In this document: positions 36,552-48,367 of the stretch, piece by piece | Numbering within the stretch: position 1 is the stretch's first letter | How the letters are laid out: the number at the start of each line of letters is the position of its first letter | Source: Zootoca vivipara | Lineage: Eukaryota | Length of the DNA stretch: 64,000 bases | NCBI RefSeq assembly: GCF_963506605.1 | Contig: NC_083288.1 | Coordinates: forward strand, 29,016,001-29,080,000 | Reading direction: 5' to 3' | Translations under genes and position numbers: made by a program | The notes under the pieces: generated by a model | The model's input: only the letters and a program-made list of their open reading frames with translations | Told to the model about the DNA's origin: nothing | The model's database searches: none

Positions 36552-37984
36552 ATGTTGCTAAGTGTGTCTGAACAGATTTATGTTCACCTGTTTTTATATT
36601 CATATACTGTACACAATTTGCATTGAAAATTAGGCATCAGTTTTGCAAGATTCAGCTCTGGTCAAAAATCTCTATATCTACATTAAGAAAAAATAATAAT
36701 CTGCATCAAAAATGTATACCAAACTCCTACGATATAGGAGGAACTTTGCTCTTACTTTCACATCAATGAGCACTTCAGTTGGAGACAAGTCACATTGACT
36801 GGATGTTCTACTGTCAGTTCTAGCACAGACTTACGTTTGTTTACTGAGAATTAAGTCTCTGTGTGTTCAGTGGAGCCTAGATCCTAGTGAGTTTGTTTAG
36901 GGTTGCAGCCTTAGGCTTTGCTGTTGTTCTGGCTATATTATTGTTTTCAATGCTGAATATACTTTTGTTCTTGAGAAGTGCCTTGGGTGTGGGTATGTGC
37001 AAAAGGTGAGACAAAAAGAAATGCATACATAAATGCAATGTATCAAGAGCATTATTCTTCTGATGTTTGGCTAACTTAAGTGCCAGCACTTCAAAACACA
37101 TATCTGGATTTTAAATCTGAGATGAACTGTGAAAAAACAATCTCTAGACTGAAAGAGCACCACAGTCTAGCCATATTTCCTACAAATAAAAGCTGTAAAC
37201 AGTGTCAACCTATAAAATCATTACACTTTGTTTCATCATGCAGCGTCCCTTTAATTAAAACTTCTTTCTGAAAATGAAACTTGTGCAATTAATCACCCAA
37301 GGGCAGCTACCCAGAAGTTAATGAGAAGTGTCATCCCAGATGATTTTTCTTGAAAATTCCTTGTTCCTTAATAATACTTCTGAGAATTTTGACCCTGGGC
37401 AGCAATGATTGGGTCCACAGTGACTAATTCAGCTTCAAGCCCTGTGGACCAGAAACTTTGAAATTTTGATTAATCTCCTGAGATTCTAAAGCAACATACA
37501 ATGTGACATTTCTGTAACTCTAATGGGGCTCACAGGGAGCTGTTAGCAAAGAAACTTCTTTTCCCAAAGACAAAATGCAACTCTAAGCAGGGATCTCACT
37601 TCATGCTGCTTTTAAAAAATCAAAATCCCTAGCACTGACAAATATTGACAAAAAATGGATATGGATTTTGTGTGAAATATGCTTTTCTCTGTGTCTGGCA
37701 GTGGACATACACATGCGGTGAATTTCTGCGTTTATACAAGGACTCTATGTCATCATTTAAAATGTAGTCGGGCATCTCAGCACTCTGAGTCACAGTGATT
37801 ACTTCCCTGTTTCCTGTCACATGGCCAAAATAAACCTCTTCTGCATGGCTGAAATTGACACAAATGCAATATAGATCTATGTCAGTGTTGCTGTGCACAT
37901 TTCAGTGGTAAAATAAATGATAGTTTGTGTTCTGCTTCCCCACCTCCACCCCCAACCTAGAGCAGCCAGAAATATTTGACCATA

Positions 37985-38781
37985 AGGTTATTATTAAATT
38001 TATACACCCCCCCTTTGCATGATGGTTCACAGTATAAAAACACAAAATCAACAACAACAACCCCCTGGCACACACAGTCATATTGTAAAGGCCATAGATG
38101 GTTTAATCAGTCAAAGGCCTGGGAGAAGAGGAATGGTTTTTCCTGGCTCCCAAAGATATGTAATGAAGGCGTCAGATGAGCCTCCCTTGGGGAGAGCATT
38201 CCACAAACAAGGAGCCACCACAGAAAAGGCCCAAACTTGTGCTGCCACCCTCTGGCAGGGCCGGCCCTAGGGCAACTGGGAAATGGGGGGGGGGGGTAAC
38301 GGAGGGATCGTAGCACCACGGCGCCCGGGCGCCCGATATCCTTAAGATGGCCCTGCCCTCTGGACCTCGTGGAAGGGACACAGGAAGAAGGGCCTCAGAT
38401 TATTATTGCAGGATCTGGGTGAGTTCATATGGGGAGAGGTCAGTTCTTCAAGTACTGTGGTCCTGAGAGATTGAAACCTTTATAGGTCAAAGGCGGCAAT
38501 TTAATTTGGATCCATAAACTAATTGTCAGCCAGTGCAGTCAGGCCATGATTGATGTTATATGTTCAAAATGTTGTGCCCCAGGAAGCAACCTGGCAGCTG
38601 AATTCTGCCCCAGCTGAAGTTTCTGAACCATCTTCAGAAGCAGCTCCACATATAATGAGTTGCAATGCAGTAATCTAACCTAGAGGTTACCAGAGCATAG
38701 ACAACAGTAGTTAGGCTATCCCTGTCTAGATAGGGGTGCAGCTTGGCTGAAGCTGATGGAAGGCATTCTGTGCCACTTAGA
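37985..38781 (-). mobile_element. Older L2-like 3' fragment
   Basis: Diverged similarity to 22690-23100; interrupted by two hAT elements. Confidence 0.55.
38256..38355. mobile_element. hAT-type MITE (100 bp)
   Basis: CAGGGCC...GGCCCTG; TSD CCCTCTGG. Confidence 0.85.
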
Positions 38782-39998
38782 CAGGGCCGGTGCTAGGTTT
38801 TTTTGCGCCCTAGGCGAGATCACCTTCTGGCGCCCCCCCCCCCCCAATAATAAATAATAAATAAATAAATAAAAATAGAAAATAGTAAAAAAAATAAAAA
38901 GTGTGTCAAGAGGCAATATATAAATCTGCTCCCAGAGATCCCTAAAGGTTGGAGGGAACATACAAAGTGTATATTCTGAACTGTTAGCAACTGCCAGCGC
39001 AGGACTGAAGGGGCACAGTGTTCCAAATGAGTTCATCCTAAACAGTCAAATGAGCCAAGGCAAGAAGAAATACACCCGCCCGCCCCACACCCCCACACCC
39101 CACCCGCTCCCAGGCGTTACGGTTTTTGCAAGGAAGGCGGCGGGAGCCATCCTGCTCTGCTCCCAGGGACCCCCGAGCATGGCAGCGGACAGGGAGGGTG
39201 GCGGTGCGAGAGAAAGATTGTGTACCTGTGTATGCAAAGTGCCCTGGCCCACTTAGAGCCGGGGTGCAAGCTAAGCCCCGTGCCGGAGCAGAGCGGTGCC
39301 TCATCGCGATGCAATGAGTGTGCCATGCAAAGGCGGTTACAACGTGTTTTGCAAAGGGCCGCCCGGGGAGGGCAGGTAGCTCAGCTCTGTCCTCACCTCC
39401 TTTTGGGCCCCCTCCACCTCCTCCAGAGGCACCGAGGCACTGCTGCCTCTCTCATTGCTATTAGCCGAGGCTGAGGGAGGGGGGGACATAGCGGCGACTA
39501 GGGGCCTCTCGGGTGGGTGACCAGCAGGTGCGGCGGCGAAGACGGCACATTATCCCGCCACCGAGAGCCGACGAGCACCCCCTGCGCAGTCGCGCCAGGG
39601 CTGGTGGTGGCCGGGTGGCGGTGGGGACTCAGTTCAGCGATGGCACAGCACACGTGCTAAAGTTTTCCAGGGCTGGAGCATGGAGGCGAGGGGCGGGCCA
39701 GCTAGGAGGGAGGGGCGTCAGTGTCACACCAGCCAGCCAATAACGTGCCGCCCTGCTAGCCTAGCCCGCCCCTCACCTCCTCCCAGGCCCCCAGCCCGGC
39801 AGCCTCAGAAAGAAAACAAAAGGAAGCCACAGGCGCGCCGTACGCTCAGGGGGGGGGAAACCAAAAGAAAGCCACCACAGGTGCGCCGTGGGAGGGCAGC
39901 GGGCGGCGGCAGGGGTTGGGGGCAGGCTGAGCAGCGCCCCCAACATTCTAGTGCCCTAGGCCGTCGCCTAGCTTGCCTAAGTGAACGTGCCGGCCCTG
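38782..39998. mobile_element. 1.2-kb GC/CpG-rich non-autonomous hAT element
   Basis: TIR CAGGGCCGG...CCGGCCCTG; 8-bp TSD CACTTAGA (38774-38781 and 39999-40006); no transposase ORF. Confidence 0.88.
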
Positions 39999-40013
39999 CA
40001 CTTAGACCACCTG

Positions 40014-40433
40014 CCAGTCGGGATTCAGGCCTCATCATGGGACTGAAACTGCCTTGGTCGCACTGGTCGATGATCTCCGGTGGGCTAGGGACAAAGGTGA
40101 GAGCTGTTTCCCAATTCTGCTGGATCTCTCAGTGGCTTTTGATACCGTCGACCATAACATCCTTCTGGACCATCTAGAGGGGCTGGGAGCTGAGGGCATA
40201 GCTGTCAAGTTCTCCCTTTTATTAAGGGAAATTCCCTTGTGCTGAATAGGCTTCCTCGCGAGAAAAGGGAAAACTTGACAGCTATGGCTGGGGGCACTGT
40301 TATAAAGTGGTTCCGCTCCTTCATCCTGGGTCATGTTCAGAAAGTGTTGGTGGGGGATGAGTGTTCAGACCCCTGGGCTCTCACTTGTGGGGTGCCTCAG
40401 GGTTCTGTCCTCTCCCCCATGCTTTTCAACATC
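40014..40433 (+). mobile_element. L2 internal RT fragment
   Basis: QSGFRPHHGTETALVALVDDL...LLDLSVAFDTVDH...GVPQGSVLSPMLFNI; ends abruptly. Confidence 0.85.
40197..40286. mobile_element. 90-bp hAT-type MITE inside an L2 RT fragment
   Basis: TIR CATAGCTGTCAAGTT; TSD GCTGAGGG/GCTGGGGG. Confidence 0.85.
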
Positions 40434-41896
40434 TAAATAAAACCTTAAAACTGATGTCAGACATTCACAAGGCCCCAGGGGAGGAGGAGACTTAGAGAAA
40501 TGTAGGAAGGCAGGGACTTTTGGTCCTGGTAACTACTGTACCTCATTGGGGTAGGATCTACTGAGAGGAATTGTTGTGCTCTATAGGCCTTATGTTTTCT
40601 TTCTTTGAATAAATAGTTAACTTCACTGACACTTTGTGAGTTATTGCTGACCTGTTCCTGACATATGCCCTGATAAGACAGGCTTTCTTTGTTCCTATGT
40701 GTTCATCTGTATGGGAAAGCAAACACATCTAGTAGTCCTGCTTCATAGTCTTGCTGTTAAGTGTGTAACAATTTATGGTTATGCCTTCATATGTACAGCT
40801 GTGCACTCAAGGTCTCCATTGTTATGGATAATCATACTCTAGCCATGAAGATGGGGAAGGGGGTGACTACTTAGGACATCACTGCCCCTGAGTTCATGAA
40901 CATGGGAACAGTAACACCCAAATAGGATTCAAAAGCTCCTTCATTTAAACATCTCTGCTAGCTCTATCCTACTGATTGTGAAACTGTGTGTTATATTTCT
41001 TTCATGTGATGAAGCTTTTTAGGTAATATACTTGAGTGAGAAGCTGCAGCTAGCAGAGGAGTTTTTAAAATGATAATTAAGTAGCAATTATTTAATAAGA
41101 CTTGAATAAAAAATAATTATGATTTTGGCCTAGTGAAGCCAGAGGCCAGGCAAATGTACACATTATTGGTAATAATAATAATAAAAAACCCTCCCTGCTT
41201 CAACAAGTAGCTGATGAATTCGATTTTACAGTCATACTGTGTTAATTAATTGAAAGCTACATGTAAATTCCCTTCTGGGGGCTGTAAACTGGCTGGAAGC
41301 CTAGAATATTCCCATTCCACTTACGAAATAAAAGGTAAGTTTAGAAACAAAGTTATGTGCAATGCTAATAGGACCTACTGGGAGCCATTAGTGGAACCAA
41401 TGTTTGGGGAAAGCTTAGCTCCAAGTAGGGATCCCACTGAGGGTGATTAAAAAGGAAAAGCATCTTGATGAAATTTACTTGAATGAGCAAGACCAGAAAG
41501 GAAAAGAAATAGTTACCACCAAAGCGTATTTAGGAGGCAGAGCTGGGCAGGCTAGATGTCAGGTCACTTAATTATCTCTCCTGAGGACAGCAAAGCAACT
41601 GTTGATACATTCCTTTAGACTTCCAGAGAGTGAAGGAATGTTTGCATTAACATTGCATTGTAAATGGGGCTTGAGCAAAGATGGGAGCAACTCCCCAGTA
41701 GGAAAGGCCTTTGTGCTTCTAGCATGATTTGTTTCTGTCTAGGCTGCTGCAGAAGTGTCAATATAATACAATATTATGCAAAGTCACTGTGGATTCTGTA
41801 ATGTTCCTGTATTAAAGTTATTTTGGTGGAAGGGAGCACATAGCAAGCAAGCAGCATTTTAAACAAGTAGTCCCTTGATCCCAGAAAGATGCTAAG

Positions 41897-42272
41897 TGTT
41901 ATGTACTGAGCTGAATCCTAGAACAATAGGATTCAGAATCAGCAGGAGCTACCCAATCCAACTCCAGGTGGAAGTGAATCCGCAACCTGATTGGCCTGCT
42001 GGAGCAGCCAATCAGGCGGCTGGCAGAAGTGAATCTGCTACCTGATTGGCCTGTAGGAGCAGCCAATCAGGCTGCAGGCAGAAGTCAATCCACAATATAA
42101 TTGGCCCACAGGTGTAGCCCTGAAGTAGCCAATCACGCAAGGCCCATTGTGTAAATAATGTATATAAGCAGATGGTTTTGGGAAAAGAGTGATTCGTCTT
42201 CTCTTCTTCTCCTTGATGAATATGAGCTGAATAAAGAGCATGAAATTCACTCTCGACTCCGAGTATATTTCA
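41897..42272 (+). repeat. 5' LTR (376 bp)
   Basis: TGTTATG...ATTTCA; repeated CTGATTGG/CCAATCAG boxes, TATATAAG ~42161, AATAAA ~42230; identical to the 3' LTR by eye. Confidence 0.96.
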
Positions 42273-42273
42273 C

Positions 42274-42291
42274 TGGCGACGAAGGTGGGAT
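42274..42291 (+). promoter_or_regulatory. Primer-binding site, probably tRNA-Ser(GCU)
   Basis: TGGCGACGAAGGTGGGAT is the reverse complement of ATCCCACCTTCGTCG-CCA, the 3' end of vertebrate tRNA-Ser(GCT) as I recall it. Confidence 0.8.
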
Positions 42292-42400
42292 CCTGCTGAG
42301 CTGACCGCCACCACGCACTGCACCGCAGCACCGCCACCTGCTGCACCGCTGCATCGCACCGTGCATCCAGGCTTCAGCTCCAGGACCCAAGGAACCCAGA

Positions 42401-45400
42401 ATGGCAACCGACAGCAGCTTCTTGCCATTCAAACCAGCATCAGGAGACTGGGAAGGGTACGCCGCCCGTTTCAACTTCCTCCTGCAAGCGAAAGAAGTCA
42501 CCAACGATGCCATGAAGAGGGCGACATTCTTCAGCGTCTGTGGAGAGGAGACGTTTGAAATCGCCCGGGCTCTCCTTGCACCTAGAGATGTCGCTACCGT
42601 CTCTTACAAAACAATAATGGAACGGCTGAAGGAGCACTTTTCACCACAGCCCTCGGTGGTAGCTTGCCGAAATGCCTTCTACGCAAAGCGGCAAGCCCCG
42701 GGGGAAACCATAACTGGGTTTGTGACCTCCCTCCGCCAAGCCGCCCGGTTATGCAACTTCTCAGAGTTGGAGAACATGCTTCGTGACCGCCTCGTCGGTG
42801 GCCTGAGGGACGAGATGTTGCAACGACGCCTCTACGCCAAAAAAGACCTCACGTTCCAGATTGCTCTGGAGGAAGCCCTGGCAACCGAAGCCGCCGAGAG
42901 GACAACGCAAGAGGCACGACCGGCCCCGCCATCCCAACCGAGGGTCTACCACGAAGACCTCACCGACGAATCCGAATCTGACAGGGAGGAAGTACACCGA
43001 GTACAGCGGCGCACTCAAGCAGCACACACACCACAGCAGCCTCGACGAGAAGGAGGGAACTGTGCAAGCTGCGGGGAGAACCACGAGAGGAGGACCTGTC
43101 GTTTCCGCAACGCAGAGTGCAGGCAGTGCAGAAAATTGGGACACATCGCCCGGGTGTGTCGGGCTCTACTCACCCGTCGACAAGCATCAGATGACCGACC
43201 CAGGAGCCCCAGGTCACACGGCACCATGCACCAAGGCAACTCGACGGAGATCACGGACTACCAGGTATTCCAGTTGCCCCATCCCAGCACAGAGAAAATT
43301 TATATAGAGGTACAGATAGAGGGAGCCCCATGCCGCATGGAGCTGGACACGGGTTCAACTCTATCCATAATCTCGGCCCGAACATTAAGGGAACTGTGCC
43401 CTAATGGGGGTCCCAAACTAAGGCCGGCCCCATTCACCCTCCGGGACTTCCAGAAACGTAAGGTCCCTACAATGGGGGTGGGGACCTTCAGGGTGCAATA
43501 TCGAGGGCGAAAGCAACAATTGGACTTGCTGGTAGTTAAGGGCCCCTACGTTAGCTTACTGGGACTGGCATGGTTTGGACCTCTGGGGCTAGCCGTTACC
43601 GGGGTGAACCGCACTAGCTTACAAGTGGACGTGGACGCCATATGCAAAGAGTTTCCAGGGGTTTTCGATGGGGCATTGGGACGATATACAGGACCCCCCA
43701 TTGCCCTACAGCTAGACCCCGCTGTACGACCCATCAGGCACAAGGCCCGCCGGGTCCCGTTCGCCCTGAAACCCCGCATAGACGAGGAATTGGACCGGCT
43801 CGTGGAGCAAGGAGTGCTGGAGCCGGTGCCCAACGCCCCCTGGGAAACTCCAATTGTCACACCCGTCAAGCCTAACGGTTCGGTCCGCATCTGTGCAGAC
43901 TACAAATGCACCATAAACAAGGCTCTCACGGCCCATGCATACCCAGTGCCAGTGGTCAGCCATGTCCTCGCCACCCTGGCTGGGTCAAAAATCTTTGGCA
44001 AACTGGACTTGGCCCAAGCGTATCAACAGTTGCCTGTGGACGAAGCCACAGCAGAGGCTCAGACGATTGTGACGCACAGAGGGGCATTCAGAGTAAAGCG
44101 GCTGCAATTTGGCGTTAGCGTGGCACCAGGCATATTCCAGAATCTCATGGACACTCTCCTTAAAGGGATTCCTGGCGTCACCCCCTTCTTCGATGATGTA
44201 CTGATCGCCGGGCCCACACCAGAGGAATTTGAGGACCGCCTCCGCTCCGTCCTGCACCGTTTCCAGACGGCGGGCCTCAAGGTGAAGCGGGAAAAGTGTT
44301 TACTGGGAGTGCCGCAGGTGGACTTTCTGGGATTTAAGGTGGACGCAGAAGGGGTCCATCCAACCGGTGACAAGGTACGGGCCATTTGTGAAGCCCCAGC
44401 GCCCAAGAGCAAGCCCGAACTTCAGTCATTCTTGGGACTATTGAACTTTTACCATGCCTTCCTTCCCCATAAGGCAGCGGTAGCGGAGCCCCTACACAGA
44501 CTCCTAGATAAAAGGGCCCCTTGGGTGTGGGGCCAGCGACAAAGGGCCGCATTCCAGGCAGTCAAGGACTTGCTCGTCTCGAACTCGGTCTTGGCACACT
44601 TCGACGAGAGGCTGCCAGTGGTGCTGGCATGCGACGCCTCTCCCTATGGCATCGGCGCTGTCCTGGGACACCAACTCCCGGATGGAAGAGAGGTGCCGGT
44701 GGCATACTTCTCCCAGACGCTTGCTGCAGCCGAACGAAACTACTCACAGATTGACAAGGAGGGTCTGGCAATCGTGAAGGGCGTAAAAAAATTCCATGAT
44801 TTCTTGTACGGGCGGCCCTTTACCATAGTGACTGACCACAAGCCGTTGCTTGGCCTGTTGCCCCCGAGAAGCAGACCCCCCAAGTGTTGTCTCCACGTGT
44901 CCTCAGGTGGTCAATTTTCCTTGCCGGCTACCAGTATGCACTAATCCACCGCCCTGGGAAGGCGATGGGCCACGCAGACGCCCTCAGCAGGCTACCACTA
45001 CCAGAAACAGGCCCCGACCCAGCGCCTGCGCAAGAGGTTATGACCCTGGAGCTGCTTCCCGACCGACCCATTCAGGCACAAGAAGTTGCGCACCATTCCA
45101 CAAAAGATAGGGTCATCTCCCGGGTCCTGGACTGGGTGTGGCGAGGATGGCCCAGCAGCAGCCCCGGGCCAGAATTCGCTGGCTACACAAACCGCAAACA
45201 TGAACTGTCGGCCCACAAGGGGTGCCTGTTATGGGGAAGCAGGGTTGTTGTTCCCCAGCCCCTCCGCAAAAGGGTCCTCACAGCCCTACACGAGACACAC
45301 CCAGGGGTAGTGAGGATGAAGGCCCTTGCCAGGAGTTATGTGTGGTGGCCGGGGATTGACAGAGAGATAGAGGCCTGGGTCCAACACTGCCAGACCTGCC

Positions 45401-46470
45401 AAGAATCCCGCCCGGATCCCCCAAGGGCCCCAGTCCAGCCCTGGGAGTCCGCCCGACATCCATGGTCACGCTTGCACGTGGACTTCGCTGGCCCCTTCCA
45501 GGGAAAAACATTCTTCATAGTGGTGGATTCCTACACCAAATGGCTGGAGGTCGCACTGGTACCGTCCACTTCTACGGCGGCAGCCATCCGGGTACTACGT
45601 AAGTTGTTTGCAACCCACGGGCTCCCTGACACCCTCGTCTCAGACAATGGAACCGCATTCACGTCAGAGGAGTTCCAGACCTTCACAGCGCAGAACGCCA
45701 TCCGCCACATCCACTCAGCACCATTCCACCCTGCCACCAATGGCCAAGCGGAGCGCATGGTGCGGACCACCAAGGACAGCCTCCGCCGCATAACACAAGG
45801 GGACTGGGAATACCGCCTTGCCGCATTTCTTCTAGCACAGCACAGCACCCCAAGCACAACGACGGGCCGGAGCCCAGCTGAACTACTCATGGGCCGGCGC
45901 CTTGCAACTAGACTGGACCGACTTCACCCCGACAGAGCTCAGGATGAGGTAGTGGTGGGGAAAGGCAGGAACCCCCGGACATTTGTGGCCCAGGACCCAG
46001 TGTATGCAAAGAATTTTGGGGCAGGCCCAGCATGGGTACCCGCCACAGTCACCAAGGTGACCGGTCCCGTGTCGTACGAGGTACTAACGGAAGGGGGGCA
46101 ATGTTGGCGCCGCCACTGCGACCAGCTACGGCGACGATTCCCAGGAGGAACCCGGGAGGAGAGTGGGACAGAGGGGTCCCAAGGGGACAGCAGGGCAGTG
46201 AGGCCTGTAGAGCGAGAGGGGTGGGCAGGGGAAGCAGAAGCAGTAGGCACAGAGGGGCGCCCCGAGGCTGGAAGGACACCGGAACCAGAGTCACAACCTA
46301 GTGGTTCAGTGGCGCCAGACCAGACAGCCCCGGCACAGCCAGCAGCCTCGGAACACGAGCCAGAACCAGAACCCCTGACCAAGGAACACCCCAGGCCACA
46401 ACGCACACGGAGGCGGCCAGCAGACCTTGGGGACTACGAATGCAACTTCCCGGGCAGGACTGGAACTTAG
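42401..46470 (+). CDS. Gypsy gag-pol polyprotein, interrupted by a 1-nt deletion near 44858
   Basis: Two zinc knuckles (CASCGENHERRTC, CRQCRKLGHIARVC), protease LDTGS, RT (KLDLAQAYQQ, FFDD), RNase H CDASPYG, integrase HETH..CQTC plus D-D-E. ORFs 42401-44944 and 44884-46470 join if one T is restored (GGC CTG TT[T] GCC CCC GAG = GLFAPE). Confidence 0.93.
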
Positions 46471-46480
46471 AGGGGAGGGG

Positions 46481-46856
46481 TGTTATGTACTGAGCTGAAT
46501 CCTAGAACAATAGGATTCAGAATCAGCAGGAGCTACCCAATCCAACTCCAGGTGGAAGTGAATCCGCAACCTGATTGGCCTGCTGGAGCAGCCAATCAGG
46601 CGGCTGGCAGAAGTGAATCTGCTACCTGATTGGCCTGTAGGAGCAGCCAATCAGGCTGCAGGCAGAAGTCAATCCACAATATAATTGGCCCACAGGTGTA
46701 GCCCTGAAGTAGCCAATCACGCAAGGCCCATTGTGTAAATAATGTATATAAGCAGATGGTTTTGGGAAAAGAGTGATTCGTCTTCTCTTCTTCTCCTTGA
46801 TGAATATGAGCTGAATAAAGAGCATGAAATTCACTCTCGACTCCGAGTATATTTCA
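46481..46856 (+). repeat. 3' LTR (376 bp)
   Basis: Same sequence as 41897-42272, preceded by the polypurine tract. Confidence 0.96.
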
Positions 46857-47224
46857 CTAAGAAACACCATTTTATGTAGGTACCTAGTTTAAATACATAT
46901 TCTACCCTTCATCCTAAAGCAGGGGTAGCTAGCATGGTGCCTACAGGTACTTATGTTCTTATAGTTGACTCCGTCGTTGACCTCAGTGTCCCCCTTCAGT
47001 TTCCAAACTGAAATTAGGTTTGAAATAAGCATTATATTGTATTCAACAGATTGTGGGGGAAGGGTGCCTGTTTGGCAGGGGTGGGGGAGCTGTTCCATCT
47101 TGCAAATGTTCCCATTGGCCCCAAAAGGTTGGTGGGTTACAGCATTAGGCGCTATATACAGTAGATAGCTGCCAAACCAAATAATTTAAATAAAAGCTTA
47201 AAACTGATGTCAGACAATCACAAT

Positions 47225-47624
47225 CAGGGCTGTCTCAAGGATATCAGGTGCCGTGGTTCAAAGATCCCTCCGCTCCCCCCCCCCATTTCACCTTTTTACA
47301 GAGGGGGGTTCCTGCAAGGGTTTGGCGAAGTGCGCGTGTGCGCCTGTCATGGTGGGCCTTGGTGCTTCGGCAGCTCCCGCTGCCATGCCCTGAGGGCTCC
47401 TTCACCAAGGGGGAAATGGGAAAGGCAAGAGGCAGCCCTCCAGGCGGGCAGCGCTCCGAAGGGATGGAGGCTCCAGGCGCCGCTTCGCATGGTGGAGGGC
47501 GGTGAGCTGATGCAAGGAGGCGCCACATCCGGCCTCTGTCTCTTCTGTGGTGCCCTCCAGAGCCCTCCAGGACTTGGCGCCGTGGTTCCCCGCACCACTA
47601 GCTTCTATTGCTAAGATGTCCCTG
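47225..47624. mobile_element. GC-rich hAT-type non-autonomous element
   Basis: CAGGGCTGTCTCAAG...CTAAGATGTCCCTG; 8-bp TSD ATCACAAT. Confidence 0.85.
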
Positions 47625-48071
47625 ATCACAATGTTTGCCATATCTGAAGATGCAAGATACAATAAGATACAATGTTTGCCATATCTGAAGATACAAAAAT
47701 TGTAATAGCAGAAATGGACAAAATGTTTCAGCTTCTGCCTTCTTCAACAGCACAGCTGTGGTCCAGATCTATACTGTTCAATAAGAAGGGGAGCAGGATA
47801 CAAATCAGGAGAGAATTCCACATTAATCGGGCTCACAATACTAAATGCATGATTCCTGTTAGATATGAGCTATGGGGGACCACTAACAGCAATTCTTTCC
47901 AAGGCCTTGTATTCAGAGTGAGCAATCCCACATTCCAAGTTCCAGGCCTCAGAAACAAGGATAATACACCAAGTTTTATGGCTAATAAATTGATAAACTA
48001 ATTGTAGCAGTAGGTGTGCATGGTGCGGTGACACCATAGAGACACTAAGTTTCTCCAAAGAATCCTGGGAA

Positions 48072-48367
48072 CAGGGGCGTAGGAAGATAGGGGTGGTGGG
48101 GACGGATCGCCCTGAGCGTTGCGATCCCAGGGGCGCCACCGCCGCTGCCCACACCGCCCCCAAAAGGTGTGCCCCGCTACTGCGCACCCCACCCCCAAAC
48201 GTGACGTGCCCCATCCGAAAATGCACGCCACGTCATTGTGCACGGCACACCCCTCCCCCAAAATGCGTGCCGCACCCTGCACCCTGGCCCCAGAACGTGC
48301 ACCACGTCACTGGGTGCAGCGCGCCTGCTCTCCGCCCCCGGTGGCAGAGCATGAAGCTCTGCTGCTG
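48072..48367. mobile_element. GC-rich hAT-type MITE
   Basis: 8-bp TSD CCTGGGAA (48064-48071 and 48368-48375). Confidence 0.82.

Larger units (their letters stand above)
41897..46856 (+). mobile_element. Full-length Gypsy (Mag-clade-like) LTR retrotransposon, 4960 bp
   Basis: TG...CA LTRs at 41897-42272 and 46481-46856; TSD CTAAG (41892-41896 and 46857-46861); PBS 42274-42291; PPT AGAGGGGAGGGG 46469-46480; domain order gag-PR-RT-RH-IN. Confidence 0.97.

Noticed and set aside
39038-40177. Many overlapping GC-rich ORFs (also 47207-48419 and 60371-61003)
   Set aside because: A by-product of high GC inside non-autonomous hAT and SINE elements; no transposase or other domain motifs.
44860-44944. 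Programmed ribosomal frameshift between the two Gypsy ORFs
   Set aside because: The break lies inside RNase H, has no slippery heptamer, and is repaired by restoring one T; a mutation or sequence error is simpler.
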